This document shows positions 1 through 11,900 of a stretch of 62,554 nt of DNA, in pieces. Source of the DNA: Rhynchobatus australiae. Its lineage: Eukaryota. The stretch's first letter is position 1. The number at the start of each line of letters is the position of its first letter. The notes below the pieces were generated by a model. The model was not told where the DNA came from and made no database searches. It was given only the letters and a program-made list of their open reading frames with translations. Made by a program: the position numbers and the translations under genes. Location of the stretch: the NCBI GenBank assembly GCA_034780895.1, contig JAUZTB010000076.1, positions 76,246,395 to 76,308,948 on the forward strand, read 5' to 3'.

Positions 1-290
1 GGTTAAGTTTGCAGAATAGGAATAGCTTGGACTAATGATCCAGAGACGTGACTTCAAATTCCATCACAGCAGCTGGGGAATTTGAATTCAGCTAATTAAA
101 TTGTAAAATCTGGAATGAAAAGCTACACTTTGACAACTATGAAACTACTGGATTGCCTTAAAATCCTATCTATTTCACTAATGTCTTATCGGGGGAGTCA
201 TTTGCTGTCCTTGCCCAATCTTGCCTATATGTACATCCAGATTAAATTGTGTTATTGACTCATAACTGCCCTGTGAAGTGACCCTTCAAA
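1..290 (+). mobile_element. Old tRNA-derived SINE, second copy at ~21105-21400
   Basis: ggactaatgatccagagac...ttcaaattccatcac head. Shared body with 21110 ggaccattgacccagagacccgagtttgaat. Confidence 0.55.
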
Positions 291-588
291 CTGCTACATC
301 AAAACAAAGTAGGAATAAAACAGAACAAACCACCTGACGTTATCACAGGTAGTGCAATTGAATGTCAGCTCCTGCACAATCAGTCATTCCAAGTCTTCAT
401 TGCAGATGCCTCTTGCCTCAGTTTGGAGAGTTGTCCTGGAAACTACTCAAACCAGCAGTCATAGTTATAAAATTGTCCCTATCAGCTAATGTTCCAGACT
501 CTTGCACATGTTACCCGGCTTGTCCCACAAGAGAGAGCAATGCAGATTTTACTTTAGGTGGGAAACTTCAATGACCATCACCAAGAAT

Positions 589-933
589 GGGAACTCAGTG
601 GGTCAAGCAGTTTTTTTTTATTGCTTCAATATTTTGAGTCAAAACCCTGCATCAGGACATAGAGTGGAGAGGCAAATAGCCAGCATAAAGAAGAGGAGGG
701 AAGTGATGAGATAGGAGTCCGAGGTGACTTGTGGACTGGGGAGTGGCGCAAGATGACAGGCAGATTGCACCAGGTAGGGGAGAGGGGTGGAGTTGGGAGA
801 CAGTGGCATGTGAATGATAAATTGAGGCAGATAAAGAGGGGGGAAAAAATGAGAGGCAGATGAAATGAGGTTTTTTTTTCCCTCTAGCAGATTGTTTGTT
901 GCTCCAAATTCTAGCATCTGCAGTCTCGTGTCT
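589..933. mobile_element. Penelope-like-derived insertion with inverted 5' segment and perfect 14-bp TSD
   Basis: ccatcaccaagaat at 575-588 and 934-947. Antisense pLTR-like segment followed by the sense tail gctccaaattctagcatctgcagtctc. Confidence 0.75.
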
Positions 934-1714
934 CCATCACCAAGAATAGCTTGGTTGTGTCATCATTGACTGAATTGGTCATCATCACTGAGCCTTGAAG
1001 GATCTAGCTGCCTAATTTAGCAGGTGATGGAAGAATCAACACAAAGGATAACATGATGTAGCTGTTACCAATCTACATGTTACAGATGCATTAGTCCCTA
1101 ATTGTGTTGGTAGGATTGGCTTCCACATGTTCCTTTTGGTGACAGAATTCCATCTTTGCACTCGACGTTATCCTGATGCTACCTCATGGATAAATGGGAT
1201 AGGTTCAAATCAGATTCAACATTTGTGAGACACTGTGATGTATTCCAGAACAATGTAACCTTGTGAACAGCATATCCCTCACTCTCCCACTACCATCTAG
1301 CCATGTGGCTGGCTCGCGGCTCAATAAATAACATGTTGGGAGTAGTAAAAGATGATAACCTGGTAAACTGACTATGCAGGTCAACGTGTATGTTAAACAG
1401 TGAAAGGAATGGACAGTNNNNNNNNNNNNNNNNNNNNNNNNNNNNNNNNNNNNNNNNNNNNNNNNNNNNNNNNNNNNNNNNNNNNNNNNNNNNNNNNNNN
1501 NNNNNNNNNNNNNNNNNNNNNNNNNNNNNNNNNNNNNNNNNNNNNNNNNNNNNNNNNNNNNNNNNNNNNNNNNNNNNNNNNNNNNNNNNNNNNNNNNNNN
1601 NNNNNNNNNNNNNNNNNNNNNNNNNNNNNNNNNNNNNNNNNNNNNNNNNNNNNNNNNNNNNNNNNNNNNNNNNNNNNNNNNNNNNNNNNNNNNNNNNNNN
1701 NNNNNNNNNNNNNN

Positions 1715-1872
1715 NCTTCCCCCTCACCTTTGTCACCTTTTATACTGGCTGTGTCCCCCTCTACTCTTTCAATCCAGATGAAGGGTCTCGATCCAAAAAG
1801 TAAGCTGTCCATTTCCCCCCACCCCCGTCAATGCTGCCTGACCCACCGAGTTCCTCCAGCAGTTTTTTTTTT
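1715..1872 (+). mobile_element. Penelope-like pLTR fragment
   Basis: ccagatgaagggtctcgatcc...tgctgcctgacccaccgagttcctccagcag, homologous to the tail that follows the GIY-YIG fragment at 57885-58420. Confidence 0.7.
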
Positions 1873-3546
1873 GACACTGATAATCAGTTTTGCGAGAGCC
1901 GCTTCTCCAGGCCTCTTTACACACTTAAATCTAAATATGGACAAAAGAGCTGAATTCCAGAGGTGAGGGGGTGTGACTCAAGGGAGCATTTGACAGTGTA
2001 CTGTTGAGAAGCCTTTGCAAATTTGAAGTCGGTGTAATTCTATCCGACACCGGGAAAGGTGGTTGGATAGGATTCTCCTAGAGTTACACTGACTTCAAAT
2101 GTTCTGAAGTCAATCATCTTAACTTCAGAACATTCCTTTAAAGTTATCCAGGGTAGCAGCCCAAGATTTAACCATATTCAATTGCTTTATCAAAGACATC
2201 CTCCAATATAAAAACAGGAACTGGGTAATCAGCGAATATCCTTGTGTTCTATTCCATTTGCAACTGCAGATAATAGAGCAGTTCCTTGCTGCAGAGAGCA
2301 AGTTATGGATAGCATTAAATCAGTGGCAAGTGTGATTCGAACCATACAAGTGACAGGTACTGACAATCTGCAACAATAGAAAATCTAAGCACTTCCATTT
2401 GACATTCAACAATATCACTGTTACTAAATCTCCCACAATTAACATCCTAACAAATCAGCCACATAAATACTTATGTATATAAGAATGATAAAAAACTGAA
2501 TATTCTGCAGTAAGTATATTGATCTCTGAGAACTCTTTACGTGATTAATATTGCACAAGTCAGTAAGGTGATGCCAACTTCCTGGATGGGTACAGCTCTG
2601 ATAACATCAAGAAACCATATAATCTTGATCAAAGTAGCCCACTTATTGATGTAGAACCCTCAATCCAAAACATTCACTCCCTTTGCCTTTGCTTATCCTT
2701 AGTGTATGTCATCTATAGAATGCAGCATAGCAACTCACCAAGGCTTCAGCAGNNNNNNNNNNNNNNNNNNNNNNNNNNNCCTGCAAGGGCATGGACATCA
2801 GGTACATGGAAATGCCAGCAGCTGCAAGTACCTTCCGGGTCACAAACCATCCTGACTTGGAAATATGTCCAAATTTCTTAACATCTCTCCATGTCTTGGA
2901 TAAGGAGTTTCAGTCTAAATACTGAAACCCTGAATCTACCGTATGGGGAGCGATGTTTAGAGCCTAGACAGGGAGGAACTCACCCTCTATTAACTTATTT
3001 GGCCACATTTTACAGAAGAAGCATTTGAATGCAAGGATGGGAGTTTTAAAGTTGTGATGTTACTCATCTGGGAACCAGTGTAGTACAGGTGTAAATGTGT
3101 AAGTGGGACTTGCTGTAAGCTAGGTTATAAGCAATGGAGTTTTAGATCAGAAGGTAAAAGATGGGATACCAACTAGGTGAGCATTATCACAGTCAAGCTG
3201 AGAGTTAACAAAAGAATGGATGAATATTTCAACAGTAAATTCAATGAGGCAGGGGAGAGGTTGAAAGTAAACGTTCTTGTTGGAAGAGATGGTGGGTGCA
3301 CTGAGGTCATCCTGGGCTGAAACAGATGCTCGGGTTGCTTGCATTTCTCTTCAGCCTGCGGCATTCAGTCTTCCTGCTGCATCCCTTATCGGTGCACACA
3401 AACATGCACAAATTGATTGCAGCAGTTCCTTCATGAGAGTCTGTATGCTTCAAAAGTGCTTTGGGCGATACTGGAAAGAATGTGAAAGGTGCCAAATAAA
3501 TGCATTTATCCAGAGCCCACGCGCGCATCATAGCAACGTTTTAAGG

Positions 3547-3860
3547 GTGGCATAGTGATACAACTGCTGCCACACAGCTCCAGGTTCAATCCAGGCCTTG
3601 AATGCTGTTTGGGTGAATGCGTTGGTTTCCTCTGGGTACTCCAGTTTTCTCCCATATTTTGAAGGCATGCTGTTGGTTAATTGGATGCTATAAATCACCT
3701 GTTTGTGTAGGATAATAACAGAAAAAAGAACCAAAGGGGAGTTCCCAGTGAGCATAAAATACAAGAAAATAAGAAGAGGGGCAATGGTACTCATGGGTTC
3801 ACCACAGGGAGCTGACATGGACTCAATGGGCCAAATGGCCCCTTTATGCATTGTTATTAG
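3547..3860 (+). mobile_element. tRNA-derived V-SINE (HE1-like)
   Basis: A/B-box-like head gtggcatagtg...ggttcaatcc, V-domain-like ggtttcctctgggtactccagttttctcccat, CR1-like tail. Confidence 0.75.
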
Positions 3861-4566
3861 TAAAGCCATGAAGAATGTCAGAGGAGCAGTATTTAAAATC
3901 AGTTGTCTGTCAATTCTAGTTTCATTCCAGGTATCCAATAGCCTGATGTTCAGCATTAAATGATAGCAGCTCCCCTGTACGTCTCCCCTTCCCTCTCCAC
4001 TCTTCCGACTGCTTTCACGGTTTCAGGTTGAAATCTGATGCTTCTGCAGACTTCAATACCAATTGAAAGCATGGCCTGGTGTTAAACCTATCCCACCTAT
4101 TCCTGACTGCCAACTCTGCTTCAGCCCTGTGGACGTTAGTGGACAATTGTCGGAAGTGTGACTATCTCCCAAGCAGACTTGGAATTCTAAATAACAACAT
4201 CCTGCAGGAAAGTGTCCTCACCACTGACCCTCTTCAAAGTTTAAGGGTGAGCAGGCATGTCATTTATATAGAGGAAAGTTTCATCTGCCCAAGAATTAGC
4301 GCTAACTGTACAGGCAAAGACACTTTAACCTTGACCCTAACAATAATGGCNNNNNNNNNNNNNGTGGAAGCCACAGCAAAACTTAACAATGTAGGTCATC
4401 TTAGTATTTTGCCTTAATATTCATAAAACACATCCACCTTAATGTCACCTTTCTTAGTGAAAATGCACAACGTGATCCAACTCAAACCTACACATGTGTG
4501 ATACCTGACTATATTTTTTCCTTTTGTAGCCATTTCAAAACCAGTTGTGACAGGCAATAGTGTGAA

Positions 4567-4744
4567 AATCATAAACTGTAGATGCTGGAAATCTTAAAAT
4601 GAAAATATTGGAAAGACAGAAGGTTGGGCTGTATCTGTGGCAAGAGAGGTTCTGATGAAGGGTCTTCAACCTGAAATGTTAGCTCTATCTCTCTTCCCAC
4701 AAATGCAGCCTGACCTGAGTATTTCCAACATTATCTCTTTTTTT
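4567..4744. mobile_element. Fold-back Penelope-like-derived insertion with 9-bp TSD and hammerhead-like core
   Basis: tagtgtgaa at 4558-4566 and 4745-4753, imperfect inverted arms, CTGATGA-stem-GAAA at 4652-4676. Confidence 0.7.
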
Positions 4745-5269
4745 TAGTGTGAAGTCTACACTGATTCATCTTGCACTAAAGCTGGCCGATAATCACTCTT
4801 CCCCTTTCTTCCAGATATTTGCTAATATCTTGCAACATACTGAGAAATGATCTCAACCTCTCCGCCCATGGAGGCTTAATAAATCTTACAACTCACTGCT
4901 TGGTTTCCAGGAAACACTTTTGGACATGCAGCCAAGTCTCATGAGATATGACAGTACAATGCTTTGAAGGAAACATGGGATGAAACCACTGTTTGTAATG
5001 AGCATCTCATTTCAGGTCCAACGGTAAAACTACCTGGTTGTTACCTACTGCAAAAGCATTGGAAAGTTCCTAATTTGACAAAAATGCACACACCATGACT
5101 ACTTAATGTCACACCATGACAGTGACACTAGCGACCCGGATCAAACTGTGAATCACGTAGCAGTGCTCTGCCACATTGATTGATTGAAGTGCAGACCATG
5201 AAGGCGTTAGGGATTTAATAGTATAGCCTCAGGGAGTGAAGTTCCTGCATTTTAGGATTTAAAAAAAAA

Positions 5270-5580
5270 TTAATTAATGGCATAAGGGCTGTCTAAAGCA
5301 CTCTCTAACCAGTCCTTATGAACTATTTTTATTCTCATAAGAAAGCCAAGCAGTCAGTTTGTACTTCCACAAAGTACTGAGTTAGTGATCAGATTCATTG
5401 AATATTCCTCGCCATTGTTTGAATATTGCCATGGGGGATGGCAGATGAGGCCTTGCTTAAATATTTCATCTCATAGTGAGCACATTTGTCAGTGGAGCAC
5501 TCCCTCAGGAGACCTTTGGAAGTGTCAGCCTTGATCATGTGCTCAGGTCTTGAGAATGAGTCATGCATTTGGGTTGTAGA
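5270..5580 (-). mobile_element. Deu-domain SINE (SacSINE/AmnSINE-like), old
   Basis: cagtggagcactccctcag...aagtgtcagccttgatcatgtgctcaggtc. Related copies at ~11470-11810, ~24455-24780 and ~42030-42400. Confidence 0.55.
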
Positions 5581-5786
5581 AGTGGAAACAAGCAGCATGT
5601 AGGGTTAAAATAAATTATTGTCAGATTGTTACTAATCACTACAGCTATTTGCTTTGGATTAGAACCTTCCTTGCAAACTGATAGCCCCTTTTCCAGCTTT
5701 TCTTTCCTCTCAAAAGTTCTTGAATGTATTGAGCATCTCACGCTGTGTGTATCTTACCTTGAACTGTACACTTGAATCCTTCCTGT

Positions 5787-5975
5787 TGTAGCCATTCGCG
5801 TTGAGTGGAAATGAAGAAAGACTTGGAGGCGTGTATGCTCAGTCGAAGCACACTTTACTAGAGAAGTTAGAACTCACACGTGCGGTCCACCCCGCAGGCT
5901 GATTGCAAGGTGCCCCCACGTGACTGTCTGCAGCCGTTGATGGCAATTTGATACCTGCAAGCCTGGGTTGCTACA
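5787..5975 (-). repeat. 3' LTR (189 bp, ~53 bp shorter than the 5' LTR)
   Basis: Shares the near-identical block gaagaaagacttggaggcgtgtatgctcagtcgaagcacactttactagagaagtt with the other LTR. The PPT would fall in the adjacent N gap. Confidence 0.92.
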
Positions 5976-6079
5976 CCAGNNNNNNNNNNNNNNNNNNNNN
6001 NNNNNNNNNNNNNNNNNNNNNNNNNNNNNNNNNNNNNNNNNNNNNNNNNNNNNNNNNNNNNNNNNNNNNNNNNNNNNNN

Positions 6080-7999
6080 AGTTGGGTTCCTTGAGACGCG
6101 CCATCAGTGCCGACTGGAGGTGCCTGTGGAAGCACTCAACCAGGCCGTTAGATTGCGGGTGGTAGGCTGTGGTGTGGTGCAGTCAGGTGCCCAACACTTG
6201 CGCCAGTGCCATCCACAGGCCGGATGTGAATTGTACTCCTCTGTCGGAGGTGATGTCCGCTGGGAGCCTGAACCTGGTGATCCAGTTGGCGATTAGCATC
6301 CTGGCGCAGGACTCCATGGACGCGTCTGTTAACGGCATGGTCTCCGGCCACCTGGTGAATCTGTCAACCATGGTGAAGGTGTACCTGGCGCCCCGGGAGA
6401 CTGGCAAAGGGCCGACGATGTCCACGTGGATGTGTCAGAACCTCCTGAGCATGGGCTAGAACTGCTGGAGGGGGGCCTTCACACGCCACTGGACCTTGGA
6501 CGTCTGGCAGCGTATGCAAGTCCTGGCCCAGTGTCCGACCTGCTTCCGCAAACTGTGCCAAAAGGATTTGTCCACAACCAGTTTGATGGACAGGTATGCC
6601 AGGAGGGTCGCTTTCGCCAAAGCCTCTTTGGTCTGCTCGAAAGCCTCTGTGGACTCCGCATCCCATTCCACCTCTTTAGCCTTCTTTGCCATCAAGCTGA
6701 ACAAGGGCCTCATTATGCGTGCCACCGCTGGCACAAAGCGGTGATAGAAGTTCACCATCCCCACAAACTCTTGTAGGCCCTTGACCATGCTGGGCTTGGG
6801 GAACCGGTGGATGGCCTGGACTTTGTCCAGTAGCGGGGCTGCGCCATGCCGGTCTACCCTGTGTCCTAGGAAGTCGATCTCTCGCAGCCCAAGTTGGCAC
6901 TTTGCCAGGTTGATTGCCAGGCCGTGGTTGCTGAGGCATTGGCAGAGCTGGCGCAGGTGTGCCATGTGTTCTTGGCGCAACTGGCTGGCCACCAGGATGT
7001 CGTCCAGGTAAATGAAAGCGAAATCCAGGCCTCGCCCCACTGAATCCATAAGTCGCTGGAAAGTCTGGGTAGCATTCTTGAGGCTGAAAGGTATCCTGAG
7101 AAATTTGAACAACCCGAAGGGGGTGATGAGGACTGTCTTCGGCCCGTCATCGGGGTGTACAGGGATCTGATGATACCCCCTGACCAAATCGATCTTTGAG
7201 AAAATGGTCGCCCCGTGCAGGTTCGCCGTGAGGTCCTGGATGTGGGACATGGGGTATCAATCGGTTGTGGTGTCATTGAGCCGCCTGTAGTCTCCACAGG
7301 GCCTCCGACCCCCAGCGGCCTTGGGCAGCATGTGCAGCGGCGATGCCCACGGGCTGTCCGAGCGCCAGATGATCCCCATTTCCTCCATTTTCCGGAACTC
7401 TTCCTTGGCGAGGTGGAGCTCGTTGGGTGGGAGTCTGCGGGCTCGGGCATGCAGCGGTGACCCCCACATGGGAATGTGGTGCAGCACAGCATGCTTGGGG
7501 TCGGCAGTGGAGAACTGCAGTGTGACGATGGAGGGGAAATCCACCAACACCCTGGCGAACTCATCACCGGAGAGTGTGACGGAGTCTAAGTGGAGGGCTG
7601 GCACATGGGCGTCCCCAAGTTGGAACATTTGGAATGTCTCCACGTGGACCAACCTTTGGCCCTTTAGATGGAGTAGGAGGCGGTTGGCCCACGGGAAATC
7701 CGCCCCAGTAACGCTCGTGATACTGCCGCTACCGTGAAGGTCCAGGTGAAGTCGCTGGATCCGAAACGCAGCAGAATGGTACGCGTGACGTATGTGCGAA
7801 TGGTCATGCCATTCACAGCTGAGAGGTCGGGGCCCGGGGTTGCGTTGCGAGTGTCCATGTTGGAGGGGGGAAGGAAGCCGATCTCAGCCCTGGTGTCTAC
7901 CAGGAAGCATCGGCCAGAGCGAACGTCCCACAGGGAAAGGAGGCTGTCGCGATGGCCAGCCGTCGAAGCCACTAACGACAGCCGGCCTCGGCGTTTCCC
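6080..7999 (-). pseudogene. pol: Gypsy pol remnant: protease, RT, integrase; RNase H absent
   Basis: Protease FLVDTRAEI (DTG to DTR). RT SPWASPLH, FSKIDLVRGYHQIP, YLDDIL. Integrase CIRCQTSK, DIVGPLP, SDRGVQF, YHPQSNGLVE. Frameshift near 7660-7700 and in-frame stops at 7257, 6456, 6435 and 6183. Confidence 0.93.
7954..7999 (-). promoter_or_regulatory. -1 programmed ribosomal frameshift signal at the gag/pol overlap
   Basis: Slippery heptamer G GGA AAC (7999-7993) in the gag frame, 5-nt spacer, then a 12-bp stem with a 10-nt loop. Pol is in the -1 frame. Confidence 0.8.
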
Positions 8000-8664
8000 T
8001 GGTAGGAACATGGCAGGTGGCAACAGCGTGCGTTTGATACCTGTCTTTGGTAAAAGTACAATTGGTCCAAGCCTTCCTCCTTGTCCCTTGCGGGCCCCGG
8101 TGGCTTCAGTTGTGGGGCCTTGGGCTTGGGCTGCGAAGTCGTCGGCAGGCAGATGGAAACTACGCCTCGCTGTTTACTCTGCCACAATACGTCGGCGCGG
8201 ACTACGAGTCTATGGGGGTTGCTGAAATCCTCGCCCGCGAGGAGGGGGTGCAGGTCCTCCGGCAGTTGCTCGAGGAACAGTTGTTCAAATAGGAAGCACG
8301 GCTTATGGCTGTCCATTCGCACCAGCATATCATTCATTAGCTCAGATGGCTTACGGTCACCCAGGCTGTCCATGTGCAAGAGATGCATAGCCTGCTCTCG
8401 GCTGGAAAGCCCAAAGATGTGGATGAGGAGCGCTTTAATTTTAGCGTACGTGTCCTCTGCCGGCGGTCGGTGGAGGAAGTCAATGATCCGGCCTGCTGTG
8501 TCCTGGTCGAGCTCGCTGACCACATAGTAGTCCCGCGTGGCGTCGGCCATAATGTCTCGGATGCTGAACTGGGCCTCAGCCTGCTCAAACCACAGGTGGG
8601 AATGCGCAGCCCAGATCATCAGGAGCTTAAGGGAGACTGTGTTGTGCGAGTTGTTGGAGCTCAT
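7972..8664 (-). pseudogene. gag: Gypsy gag ORF (230 aa, open, zinc knuckle degenerate)
   Basis: VSLKL...HLWFEQAEAQF N-terminus, LGDRKPSELM, LFLEQLP, and a degenerate CHCC-type knuckle FYQ...RCCHLPC. Confidence 0.85.
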
Positions 8665-8692
8665 GTCATGGATTCCAGATGATGTCTGGAAG

Positions 8693-8706
8693 CGTTGGGG
8701 TCACCA
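8693..8706 (-). promoter_or_regulatory. Primer binding site, tRNA-Trp type
   Basis: Minus strand TGGTGACCCCAACG begins 1 nt after the 5' LTR. 13/14 match to TGGTGACCCCGACG, the complement of the tRNA-Trp 3' end. Confidence 0.88.
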
Positions 8707-8707
8707 A

Positions 8708-8949
8708 TGTAGCCGTTCGCGGTGAGTGGGTGAAGAAAGACTTGGAGGCGTGTATGCTCAGTCGAAGCACACTTTACTAGAGAAGTTGGAACTCGCGCTT
8801 GCGCGTAAAAATACCCGAGGGGCCTTGGTGGTCCGTGGCATTAGAGCCCCGCCGGAAGGCCCGCCCCGTGGGCCAATCGCACAACACCCCCACGTGACCA
8901 TCCGCGGCCGTCGATGGCGGTTCAATACCCGCAAGCCCGGGTCACTACA
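8708..8949 (-). repeat. 5' LTR (242 bp)
   Basis: Minus strand reads TGTAGTGAC...GGCTACA. Direct repeat of 5787-5975 and adjacent to the PBS. Confidence 0.93.
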
Positions 8950-11900
8950 CCATCAGATTTCTGACCCTACTAAAGTACCTAAACCACTCTAATCAAAATC
9001 AGTAATATTCTATATTATTTGCAACTCTCGTAATCTATCACTGCTTGTTCTCCTTAATCAGTCTGCAGCCGTTGGCATAAATTGACTAAGCCACCCACTT
9101 CAGTGCCCCTTGATGGCCAACTGGATGGTTTGGCACTTGCTAGCTTAGTGTTTTCCATCCAGTCATTAGCACTGGCATTGTTCTTCCTATGCCCACGTGG
9201 TCACCTTTGAATGCCTCAAATCTATCCTTGTCTGGGCCTGCATTGTACCTAAATGCTGTTTCTCGGCTACTTTATCTGAAAATCAGGCATTAGTTTCCAT
9301 ACGTACAATGATTTTACCTAGCTTTATTTCACTCCCATTTCTTTTGATTCCTTCATTATCTCCACGTTGTTGGACCTCACTGAACAAATATTTCTTCCAT
9401 CCGAACACTGGGAAGACCAAAGCCATTGGGCAAGATTGTTGAAGTTCCAGCGCACTGCTGCTACATATGGTGCCCACCTTCCCATACTGACATGTTGCTG
9501 CAAAGGCGAGCCTGCTGTCAAAGGCTTTTGAACCATTTTAATTGTTTCTTTTAATCTTTTTAGTCATCTTAATTATAAATCAGGAAGTTCTTGGCAGACT
9601 GAAGAATAACTGGCTATTTTCAAATAGTACCCTTGCTATGATCAGCTCATCCTGACTGCTCACCACAGATTTCTTAATTTTTCAAATGCATCAATTTGTG
9701 TTTTTCAGTCTATATATGACTGTTGCTTTATACAGTGCCTACTTGTGAGTTGTCGCCATTCTTCGTAAAAAGAATTCAGTCATTGAATTGCAGTTGTGAC
9801 ACAAATTTGAATGAATTGTACATCACAGTTGCTGTACAATTTTTCATTTGTAGTACTTTTAATAGCTTTGTAAGTTATCACCTTCTCTCCACTTTATTTG
9901 CTAATCTATAATGAGCCACAAGTGCCAGGGTTGCATTAACTGTTCTTCTTTGAATCATCTTGAATATAAGTTGATGGTAGCATGCTCAGAATTGTACATA
10001 GTAGTTGATCAACATGAGATGTGAATAACATTCTTGAATACAAGAAGTCTAATTGGACAGTTTCATGGTGATTATAAACTTTTAGAGAATAATGGTGGAG
10101 TACAAATCATTTATTGCATATTCATATGAACTCTTTTTAGTATTTAAATTAATTTGTGTTGAAAATCTCCTTGCTCTGAACTCCAGTGATCCAAATTTAT
10201 GAATATACAGCCACTCTTCAATTTATGAAAGTAAAGCATTCCTGGAAAACATTAAGTGAACTTTCACAAATTGGAAAGGCTGTACAAAATGCGTTATCTT
10301 GATGCAGTATATATTTATGTGCACACTATTTATTAGAGTGAAAAATAGATTCATAAATCAAAGACTTGTACCCCAAAAAGTAAATGGTGATAGAAACATT
10401 AGAAAAAACTACAGCACAATTCAGGCCCTTCGGCCCACAAAGCCATATGGGGAAAATTTGAAAATGAAACATTTGTAATTGAGGAATCGCTGTATATTGT
10501 CTGGATATTAGAAGATCTGGACCTGAGAAGAGGTTTGAAACATTAAAAATTTTTAGTGCCTGACAGGGAAGCTCCTGAGAGACTCCTGTGGCTGAAGAGC
10601 TTAGAACCTAGTCATAGTCTCAGGATAAGGAGTCTGCCTTATTTAGGACTGAGGGGAAATTTTGTCACTAGTTTTTGTGCATCTTTTGTAATTTTCTACA
10701 TTAGAGAACAATCAATATTCAAATATTGAATACCGTCAATATTCAAAGTATATTAAACAGACAGTAATAGATGTTTGGTTGCTTGAGAAAATCAAGGGAT
10801 GTGCGAAGGTGGAAAAATACGATGCAAGTATATGGTCAACCATAATAATTGTAGTGCAGACTTGAAGGATCATGTGACCTACATACTGTCTGTCATGTTT
10901 TTTGTATGTCACTTTGAAATATAGCTTGTTGTCAACAGAAAATCTTGTACAGTAATATGTCTTTTAGTACTTTTTAATTAAGTGACAGGAAAATTTGTTG
11001 TCATTTTATTTTGGTGGTCTCAATTTTTTTCTATTTGCTNNNNNNNNNNNNNNNNNNNNNNNNNNNNNNNNNNNNNNNNNNNNNNNNNNNNNNNNNNNNN
11101 NNNNNNNNNNNNNNNNNNNNNNNNNNNNNNNNNNNNNNNAATTTGTTGTCATTTTATTTTGGTGGTCTCAATTTTTTTCTATTTGCTACTTTTTTTAACT
11201 TATTCTATTCAATTCATTAATTTGCCAATGACTCTGAAGATTTAGAAATACACTTTAAGCATTGTCGGCGTCTCAGCATTGTCAGGCTAGTGTTTTTTGT
11301 TAACATTAACTCCCAGGTAATGAATTTCAGCTCCTGTGCAGGGCATGTATTCTAACATATACTATATAATGTATTATCACTCAAGTAGGAACTTCTTTCA
11401 TAAGGTGTTATTTCATTAGAAACAAATTGGTGTTTGGTTAAGAAAGAAAATCTTTCATGACTTCAACAACACAGAAGCACTTAATAGCCAATTAAATGTT
11501 TTCAATTAAAATTACTGTAGCAATACAGGTAAACGCAACCGACAGCTTGCACGCAGGAAAACTTGATAACAATGGAAGAAATGACATCTGTTTGTTTCCT
11601 TGGTGTTCCTTGGAGAGAAATATTTGATAAAGATATTGGGAAAATTCCAGTCCCACTTTGAAACTCACGCGAGAGACTCTTAAGATTTTCACCCAAATGT
11701 CAGTTAAGCATTTCTTCACTGAAATGCTAACCTTGATTTTGTCCTCTAATCCCTGAAGTAGGATTTGAAACTGAACTTTCAACTCGTGCAGGAGTGCTAT
11801 TGCCAAATCACAGCTGGCACACTAATCTTTTCTATTGGGTAGACCCACTCCTTTTGCCCACCCCCACCTCTAGGGCTAAGAAGCATAAATGTAAATTTCA

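Larger units (their letters stand above)
5787..8949 (-). mobile_element. Ty3/Gypsy LTR retrotransposon (CsRn1-like), decayed and internally deleted, antisense to STXBP5
   Basis: Two LTRs with TG...CA ends, tRNA-Trp PBS, gag-PR-RT-IN order, GC/CpG-rich relative to flanks. Confidence 0.95.

Noticed and set aside
7972-8664. Open gag as a possible domesticated gene (PEG10/Arc-like)
   Set aside because: LTRs and PBS are still present, the zinc knuckle is degenerate and conserved residues are mutated. This fits neutral decay of a fairly recent insertion.
6169-8992. Many overlapping + strand ORFs over the Gypsy element
   Set aside because: Shadow ORFs of GC-rich gag/pol on the opposite strand, with no recognisable domains.
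10995-11190. Direct repeats flanking 100-N gaps (also ~39166-39301, ~44282-44414, ~52628-52771)
   Set aside because: Identical sequence on both sides of fixed-size gaps is typical of scaffolding overlap, not a biological repeat or CRISPR-like array.
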